DNA of 55,823 nt, filler included, from Squatina squatina (lineage: Eukaryota): NCBI GenBank assembly GCA_031763465.1. It is 3 parts of 3 records of this genome, joined end to end, with 100 filler letters (N's around TTAATTAATTAA, not from the genome) between each part and the next. Parts side by side here need not be neighbours in the genome. Positions count along the whole stretch, not along the records: positions 30,576 to 55,823 come from JARFOE010000234.1; 2 more parts are not named here. The stretch is one strand, 5' to 3'. Below the pieces are notes generated by a model. It had not been told where the DNA came from and made no database searches. It saw only the letters and a list, made by a program, of their open reading frames with translations. Positions 48,071-55,823 of this stretch are shown piece by piece; within the stretch, counting starts at the first letter, position 1, and every line of letters starts with the position of its first letter. A program made the position numbers and the translations under genes.

Positions 48071-51000
48071 TAATTTTGGGTATGTAAAATTAATATTAAT
48101 TTGGTGTGCATGATACTCTACTCCTTAAAATTCATGTTATTCAACTGCAAATCTCTGGTGCTGCCTTGATGGGTTGAATGTCCTTTTATCATGTAGTAAC
48201 ATTTTATGATTCCATGAATGCAAGTATAGCTGAGGGATTTTACTGACTTTAAATTCCTCAATGGGCATTTGCACTTAGGTTTTCTGCAGGGAACAAGTTC
48301 TAGCAATTATCNNNNNNNNNNNNNNNNNNNNNNNNNNNNNNNNNNNNNNNNNNNNNNNNNNNNNNNNNNNNNNNNNNNNNNNNNNNNNNNNNNNNNNNNN
48401 NNNNNNNNNNNAAAACAAGTACTTCATTGGTTATAAAGCTGTTTGAGACGTCCTGAGGACGTGAAGGACACTGTATAGATGCAAGTTATTTTCTTTTTCA
48501 TTTTCTGAAAGATAAGTCTTCCTGTTTGCGGCCCAAATAGAACCGTTTCCGAGCATTCAGTTCTGAGTGTCCAGGTTTGTCGCACAGTTTCTGCCCACTT
48601 GTCCTCCTCACCCAGGAACATACCCTGCGAGTAATGGGCTTTCCATCTCCCTGCAACAATGTACATCGCAGTACGACTATCTCACAACCCAGCTCATCGC
48701 ACTGACTTCATCACCATGACAACACAGTGTCAGAGATTCGATACAATCTGAGCTTTTTTTGGAGTGTATAAATAAAAATATCCAGGTGATGTTTATTGCT
48801 GAGATCATAGCCATCATTGAATTCTGAGAAGAAAAACAACAATCTTTATCCAAAATCAAATGAACAGCTGCCTACTTGCACTGTCAAGCTTCGTTCTCAG
48901 TACTTGCTGCTTGAGATACGTCACTCTGTGATTAGTCTGTGCTGTTGATGAAAACTTGTCTTTGACCTGTGATACAGTATTGTTTTAATTGTTATCAAAA
49001 GAATCTGTGTCTCTGAGCTTTAAGATATTTTGTTTAAACACTGTGGTAGTGTCAGCTAATGTGGACATGTGTGCTGAAGTGTAGCAGAATGCACTTGCCA
49101 CCAAAAGGGAGACACACACGCACATTTTCTGCTGAAACCTTGAGATGTTTTGGCCATGATGGAATGAAANNNNNNNNNNCTGTAATTGTTGACTAGAATG
49201 ATACCAAGAAGTTCCCTTAAAACCATTTCTTCATGCTCTTCTTAATAGCTGTCGTAAAGATTCAAACACTTGGATGGAAGCATTTTATTTTGAACATATA
49301 GTTTACATTTTCTGTGTTTTTGGAAGTGTCACAGTGCTTGAAAACCTGGTTTAATGTTGACACACATTGTGCAAAAGATACAAGTGAAAATAAGGTATTA
49401 TAGAAGCTGTTACTGAACAGCACAAATCAGAATGAAAATACAATGGAGCCCTCTTCAGGTCAACTTAAGTTACCTCTAGAAATGCCTAGATTTAAAAAAA
49501 ATATAAGCATATATATTAACGNNNNNNNNNNNNNNNNNNNNNNNNNNNNNNNNNNNNNNNNNNNNNNNNNNNNNNNNNNNNNNNNNNNNNNNNNNNNNNN
49601 NNNNNNNNNNNNNNNNNNNNNAGTTTGATCTATATGTGACTAGCCCAGCAAGCGACTTAGTTGTCTGGACAACTAGCACAACACTGGGTTGTAGCGGCAC
49701 GTGGGTGGACATTGCTCGCATCCTGAGACCTTTTGTTTTAAAAGACCACCTGTCAGGAATTTTTGGTTTACACGGCTTTACTGGAAGAGAGCTTAACTTG
49801 CATGTATCAATCTGTTTTTGAGGCTTTCTCTTCTGGCATCCTGTCGGGGACATTCTCTACTTTGGATTGAATTGTTTTTGCCATTTCTTCTTTATATTTT
49901 TCCAGTTTAGGTATTGTTAAATCTTTCCCAGCTGTCAATTCCAATCGCATGTTTATTTCTAATGGCTTTCAGATTTGTTTTGCGATTGGGTCAGCCTGAT
50001 GTCTTCATTTGTGCCACTGTTGCTACATAGCCATCAATCTGCCTGCTTTAACAACCTTGCTCTGGTACTTTAATCCCATCCTAAAAAGGGAAAAGTCTTG
50101 TTTGATGACAGCAGAAGCTTCAGAGAAGCACTTTCATTATAAGCTTATTTTCTACCTGGCAGGAAATGACTACAATTTTGTGATTAAATTTCCCTCTCGT
50201 GGAGACCCATCATTTCAGGTCTTCACTCACGTCGGAAGATGTAATTCCTGAGGGCAGTTGGCATTCATAATAAGTACATCTGTGTATTGTGCCAGTATAA
50301 CTTTTCACAACTTGGATATCTGTATATTTTGATTGGCACGCAGGCTGATTCAAAGCAGTGACGTGTGTTAGCACATGAGCCCACTCCAGAATGCATGCCT
50401 TTTATGCTCTAGTGCTATAGAGAATGATGAGTCTTTCTGGTACAAGGGAGTATTGTTATGCTTCATTTTCATTGCGTCAAATTAATTTTGTTCTTGCAAA
50501 GAGAGACGCGGGCAGCGGGGTGCCAGCAGAATTAATCCGTGGTGCAGAGCACTGGAAAAGTTTGTCCTCTGCTAGAGTGAGACAGAATGGGGTGTCCATG
50601 TCCAGGAAATGTGCAGGGCAGGCTTGCATGGTAGAAAAATTGTGAATTTTGTTGGACACTGTAAAACCCATAGATAAAGGTATTGGTAAGGAATCCTTGA
50701 TTATATTTGTACTCTCTTCAGCATTCATNNNNNNNNNNNNNNNNNNNNNNNNNNNNNNNNNNNNNNNNNNNNNNNNNNNNNNNNNNNNNNNNNNNNNNNN
50801 NNNNNNNNNNNNNNNNNNNNNNNNNNNNTTGTGCCACTATGTGTCTCCTGAGATCTGATTGTGGAGTGTCATTAGTAGTGAGCATGGGGTTCCTACTTAT
50901 TGGCCCATTGCTAAAAGGTGTGTTGATGGGGATAATCAGTAACACACTGGAAAGTGTTTAAATACATAAATGTAATAATATGCACATCAATTTCTACCTG

Positions 51001-51216
51001 AAACAGTGTGTATTACAAAAGTGACAGATTCCTGCAGTAAAAAAGACATGTAATACTATATTTAGTGCATAAATGCTAGTGGTTGATCTTTAGACATTTG
51101 CTGACTGACACTTTTTTTAATCTGGAATAATCAAGTCACTATTGTGAACCTGCGAATAACATTATATATTTAAAGCACTGGCAGCATTTTCCTTCTTTAA
51201 ATGTGAAACGTTTCCA

Positions 51217-51233
51217 CAGCGCCATCTACTGGC
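51217..51233 (-). promoter_or_regulatory. CTCF-like binding motif
   Basis: Reverse strand GCCAGTAGATGGCGCTG matches the CCAsnAGrkGGCrc consensus. Confidence 0.55.
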
Positions 51234-51988
51234 TGTTTCTTAGCTGCAGAGCCGTGCACGTAACCCTGCTTTAAAAATTGAATCTTTTTAAAAACAACAC
51301 TCCCTAGGAGCTAACATCCCCTTGGTTTTGTTTTCTGCCTTATTTTTATTTAAACAGTGACTCATGGCAACCTAATCTGGGGTACTAGCTGTTGCAATTA
51401 CTGTGCCCAATAAGTGAGAAGTAGCTATTTCAGAAGATGCAGGATTCCCTGGTGATCTTGTGATTTAATTATGTATGTTCATTCAGCTCTAGCACAGTAG
51501 GGGGGTCAGTAATTCCACCAAGCCAATTCCCTAAATGATTGCCATTTTCTATACATTCAGCAAATTTTACAGTGTGTTGTGGAAAAGTCGTATGGAGGTT
51601 GTACTCCTAACACCCGGAATCACATGGCTGCTCTTCTGAGGTTGGGACTAAGCCTCATTATTGGGTAGAGAAGAGGGACGGCTGCTGTGGCTGGCCTGCG
51701 TGTGTCTAATGCTGACATTGAGTTGCCTGGAAAGTGTTCCATTCCTTAGTACTTATCCCCCATCTCAATGGTCCTAAGTTCATCAAAAAAACTACATTGG
51801 ATAAGCCTAAATGCTACTTTGAAAGTTTTCAGACCTGCTTTTGATTTGCATGTTTTGTGTATTGTATATATTGCATCATAATGCAAATTAAATGTTACAT
51901 TTTGTACCTCCTTTTTTTTAAAAAAAAACATCTGTGGTGTGGGTTTATGTGTAAAGGGCATATTGTGCCATATTTTTGTATTTTGCAG

Positions 51989-52158
51989 TGTTTGTTTCCA
52001 ATTGGGTCCCTCCTTTCATTGAAGAACCATCATGTTATAACAGTGGAGGCATTGGGGTCTGTAAAGAAGGGTTTACACCCCATACAACAGCGACTGGCTG
52101 ATTACAATGGAAGTCAGTGTGGATTCTGCAGCCCAGGCTTTGTCATGCAGATGTATGG
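51989..52158 (+). CDS. Aldehyde oxidase/xanthine dehydrogenase-like exon, 2Fe-2S domains
   Basis: ttttgcag acceptor and GTAAGT donor. CLFPIGSLLSLKNHHVITVEALGSVKKGLHPIQQRLADYNGSQCGFCSPGFVMQMY(G) carries the QCGFCxPG FeS motif. Confidence 0.93.
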
Positions 52159-52213
52159 GTAAGTACAGAAAACTATCTATTTTGAATATCTACCTAAAAT
52201 ATGTTCTGTTTTT

Positions 52214-52459
52214 AAGCTTGAGGAACAGCACTTCATCTTTCTATTAGGCATTTTATAGCATTCCGGACTCAACATCGAGTTCAACAAATTCAGATCAATA
52301 TCACTGCCCCCATTTTTTCGGACAACAGCTGTTGTTTACAGCTCCTCTACATTTACAGCTCCTCTAGACCCATCTCTTGTTTCTTGTCTCATTACCATCC
52401 CTTTCACCTTGCACCATCATCCCTTGATCATTTAATCTATCCTGCCTTCCACCCAATCA
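52214..52459 (+). mobile_element. Penelope-like element: end of GIY-YIG ORF and 3' repeat
   Basis: KLEEQHFIFLLGIL*HSGLNIEFNKFR is a degenerate GIY-YIG C-terminal motif (LGTLxPxGLN). The tail is homologous to 26832-26950. Confidence 0.75.
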
Positions 52460-52559
52460 NNNNNNNNNNNNNNNNNNNNNNNNNNNNNNNNNNNNNNNNN
52501 NNNNNNNNNNNNNNNNNNNNNNNNNNNNNNNNNNNNNNNNNNNNNNNNNNNNNNNNNNN

Positions 52560-52720
52560 TTTAAAAAGTATTTGGATACGCACTTGAAGTGTCGTAATCT
52601 ACAGGGCTACGGGCCAAGAACTGGAAAGTGGGATTAGGCTGAATAGCTCTTTTTCAGTTGGCACAGAAATGATGGGTCAAATGGCCTCCTTCTGTGCTGT
52701 AAATTTCTGTGATTCTATGA
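52560..52720 (+). mobile_element. CR1 LINE 3' end
   Basis: tttaaaaagtatttggat...ctggaaagtgggattag...gatgggtcaaatggcctccttctgtgctgtaaatttctgtgattctatga. Confidence 0.7.
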
Positions 52721-54714
52721 AATATTAGGGTACAAGGAGTTCCTTTTGAAATCGCAGGAAAGGCTTCCCTCAGGCTAAGCTCCTTTTAAGATTCACTCCT
52801 CATCAGCATACAGAGTTTGAAGAATACAATTGAAGTACACAACCATTTTTGTATCTACAAGACAACATTGATTCTGCACAATAATATTAATGAACTGGAA
52901 GCATAGTTCCCCAAAAAGCTCCTTTTGTAAGCAGCATTAAACTGAGCCATATTTGCCTGTTGGGCCAAGGTTTGATTCTATGCTGCGTTGCCTTATTTTA
53001 GTTGGAGAGGTAGTAAGGCTGCTACAATTAGCCTCTCCACCCCTGAACTAGTTAAAAGAAATGAGCTAGGATTGCTGCTTCTGGATTGTGATTCAGTGGT
53101 CCTTGCTGTAAAAGGCACTTGCGTGGAAGTTGGGTGAGTTCAGGATTGGGTTGACTGTAATGCCCTCTGCCCCCACCCACTCGCCCCTCCCCCTGCCTCC
53201 CCAGTTTAATAATGCTCTAGCATTTAATGTCAAGGTTCAAGAAGAACCATTTGGGCAAGGTACCAGAGGGTAATCAGTGACCGTGGAACTGTATTCTAGC
53301 AGGGAGGCAATACCAGTAGGAAATGAAAGTTGAGGACAATCAAGGGAAAATTGGCAACAAAAAGCACAAATCATTAAAAAATGATGAACATGCTTCAGCT
53401 CCTTAGTAATGCTTATAATCCTTATCTTATGATTTGAATTATAGTCCATAGTTCAGAATCTCTGAGGCTTGTTCCCTTGATACTGGCACATAAATTATCT
53501 TATGTTCAAGACCAGAAAGCTCTCACTGACAGAATTGGTCCAAACTCCATCATCAAAAATATCTTTCTTCTTTTAGGATAGTTCTGTACCTCCCATTTTT
53601 CAAAGATGTGAATGTAATCTTTTAAAGTTTCTTGATCAAGAAGTGCTTAGTAAACAAACAAAAACCAAAATACATCTGATTTAAAATTATCCACACCAAA
53701 GCTCAGTTTAAAAAAAAAGCATCTTGCCCTCTAATCATGCCATCTTCCCACATGTATCCCTTATTGACCTATGACTGCCATTGCTCTCACAATACATTGG
53801 AAGATAGAGCTGCTTTTGTTTCTCAGCTTGGCTCATTGAGTCAATATCCTTGGTGTCTAAACAACACAATCTAATTTGGCATGTGATTTTTCATCGATAT
53901 ACTAAAACCTTGCCTAAGAGAAAAATAAACATAACTTCAAGATATGCAGCTTGGAAGATCTGTAATCAGCTCTGCCTCTTAACAGAGACTTCCTCCCTCT
54001 TCCATGTGAGGTACCCATGGCATGTGCAGTTAACAAAACGGGAGACGAGATTACTCACCTTTTGGTATAGTAAGAAACCTTATTCAAATAAAGTTATATT
54101 CCACATACCATATATTACTGCCCTCTTGCACCACAGACTGATTTGTTGGAAAGGTGCTGGGAAGCAGAGAGGGGCGCCATCATTATTGACTTTCTTTGGG
54201 CATGCCTATCTGGATTTCCAGATTCAGTGCTAATCTGCTCATATTTTATCATGCCCAAATATTCAGAATTTTTGATGTTCATCCTTAATTTTTCCTTAAT
54301 TATTGTACCTTTTTTATTTTCTAATTTTCAATACTAACCAGTGCTTCTTTGTAATGGAGCAACAAAAATCCCATTTCAAAAAGTGAACTGGTTAATTTTT
54401 CTCTTTGAATATAGAACACTAACTTCACTGCATGGGTAATAATCTGTCACCCCCCTGTTGAAGAACCCACGTGATTTATGCCAGCAAACTTGGGATCTAA
54501 ACTTGCAATTTGAAAGTCAGGTGCTGCGTAACAAGTGCAGTCGATGGTGAAAGTGACCGGGCACTACTGCTGTTAACTGAGAATGATGAGAGTGAGATGA
54601 GATGAAAATGCCGGCACGTGCTCGACAGGCCGAATGGCCGCCTTCTGTATTATAACCATTCTATGATGTGGACAAAAAATGTGACTCTGCATGTTTTATG
54701 CTCCATATCAATAG

Positions 54715-54882
54715 GCTGGTGGATGGGCTGGAAATTTGATGATGAAGTGGAAACACCGTGAGTTTGTGTCTGATGTATTTGTGGTCTTTGAAGTTGCTGG
54801 TGCTAAAGTGACTGTTTCAGATATCACTGAAGTGAACACTTACACTCTAATGCAGTTTCTTGATGTCAACATGCAAGGAAAG
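54715..54882 (+). CDS. Aldehyde oxidase/xanthine dehydrogenase-like exon, FAD-binding domain
   Basis: aatag acceptor, GTATGT donor, 168 bp open. AGGWAGNLMMKWKHREFVSDVFVVFEVAGAKVTVSDITEVNTYTLMQFLDVNMQGK resembles invertebrate AOX (VRN)xGxxAGNLxxKHxHxEFPSDxF...FLxxDMxxK. Confidence 0.85.
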
Positions 54883-55157
54883 GTATGTATTCATGACCTG
54901 ATTAAGGATTTCTGTTACAGTTGTAACCTTAGTTACCATACTCACTAAATGATAAGCCAACATTTTAAAATGCCTTTCTGAATAGCGAAGTAGGTTGAAA
55001 ATCGGTCTTTTTCAGTCATAAGTCTCACTTCTGACATGCACTGATTTTGGCAGCTAANNNNNNNNNNNNNNNNNNNNNNNNNNNNNNNNNNNNNNNNNNN
55101 NNNNNNNNNNNNNNNNNNNNNNNNNNNNNNNNNNNNNNNNNNNNNNNNNNNNNNNNN

Positions 55158-55720
55158 GGGCTCGACGTATGCATATCTCTGCAGGGTTTGAAGATGGAAA
55201 GTCGCATCCTGGGTACGCACGCACACCAGCGCCTGACCACCCTCCCTAAGCAGGAGACTCAGAACTGTGGCAGAGACCCAATGCTTTCTTATGTGCCAGA
55301 AGAAGTCGATGAGCTTCTTCTGTATCCTGGTGACAAAACCAGGGGAAGGAATCAAAGTGACAAACTGGTACCACAGCATAGCGGCCACCACCTGATGTAT
55401 GACCAGCGCTCGACCCCTGTAGGACGGCGCACGGAGCAGTCCTGTCCGGCGCCCTAGGTGACTTCGGCCTCCAGCTCTTGCCAATTTGCCGACAGGCTTC
55501 CTTGGCAGGGCTAAGGTAGACTCCCAGATAGAGGCGATGAATAGTACTCCAGGCAAAACACTCTAGCTTCTCCGGCAGGGAGTCCACCCACCAGTGACCT
55601 ACCAGGAGTTCGGAACATTTCTCCCAGCTGATCCTGGCAAAGGGCATGGCCGAGTAGGCCTGCTGGCACTCTCGCATCCTCCGCAAGTTAACGGGATCCG
55701 TGACCATTTGGCTGCCGTGT
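55158..55720 (-). mobile_element. Tx1-clade non-LTR retrotransposon ORF2 fragment
   Basis: Frameshifted YLGVYL...SYRGRALVIHQVVAAMLWY...IQKKLIDFFW...HWVSATVLSLLLREGGQALVC, typical of the Tx1 post-RT region. Confidence 0.85.
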
Positions 55721-55823
55721 TTCCTGCATTGCAACACTAACTACACTTCAAAAGTACTTAATTGGCTGTGAACTGTTTTGGGACATCCTGAGCTTGTGAA
55801 ATTATTACAGAATAATGACCTTC

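Noticed and set aside
49622-50060. Minus-strand coding-like stretch
   Set aside because: All frames contain stops over the stretch and no domain is recognisable.
52159-54714. AOX-like gene as a pseudogene lacking the exons between the FeS and FAD segments
   Set aside because: A 100-N gap at 52460-52559 can hide them, and both visible exons are open with good splice sites.
1-55823. CRISPR arrays, operons, defence systems, tRNA or rRNA genes
   Set aside because: Intron-containing vertebrate DNA with no repeat-spacer array. tRNA-like segments are SINE heads.

Overview
Vertebrate genomic DNA, not prokaryotic. The repeat content (CR1, L2, Tx1 and Penelope retroelements, tRNA-type SINEs, Harbinger-type elements) suggests a cartilaginous fish, probably a shark. 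The assembly is heavily gapped. Two artificial 44N-TTAATTAATTAA-44N spacers split the window into three blocks that may be unlinked. Block 1 (1-13996) holds 3' exons of MYOM2 (+) and the last coding exon of AGPAT5 (-), which has an in-frame TAA. Block 2 (14097-30475) is mostly repeats, with some unidentified exon-like segments on the minus strand. Block 3 (30576-55823) holds three ATG10 coding exons (+), then two exons of a molybdo-flavoenzyme. The sequence and intron positions of this enzyme resemble invertebrate/plant-type aldehyde oxidases rather than vertebrate XDH/AOX, which is the most interesting observation here. Many expected exons are absent, most simply because they lie in the 100-N gaps. 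All homology calls come from recalled protein sequences; no searches were run.
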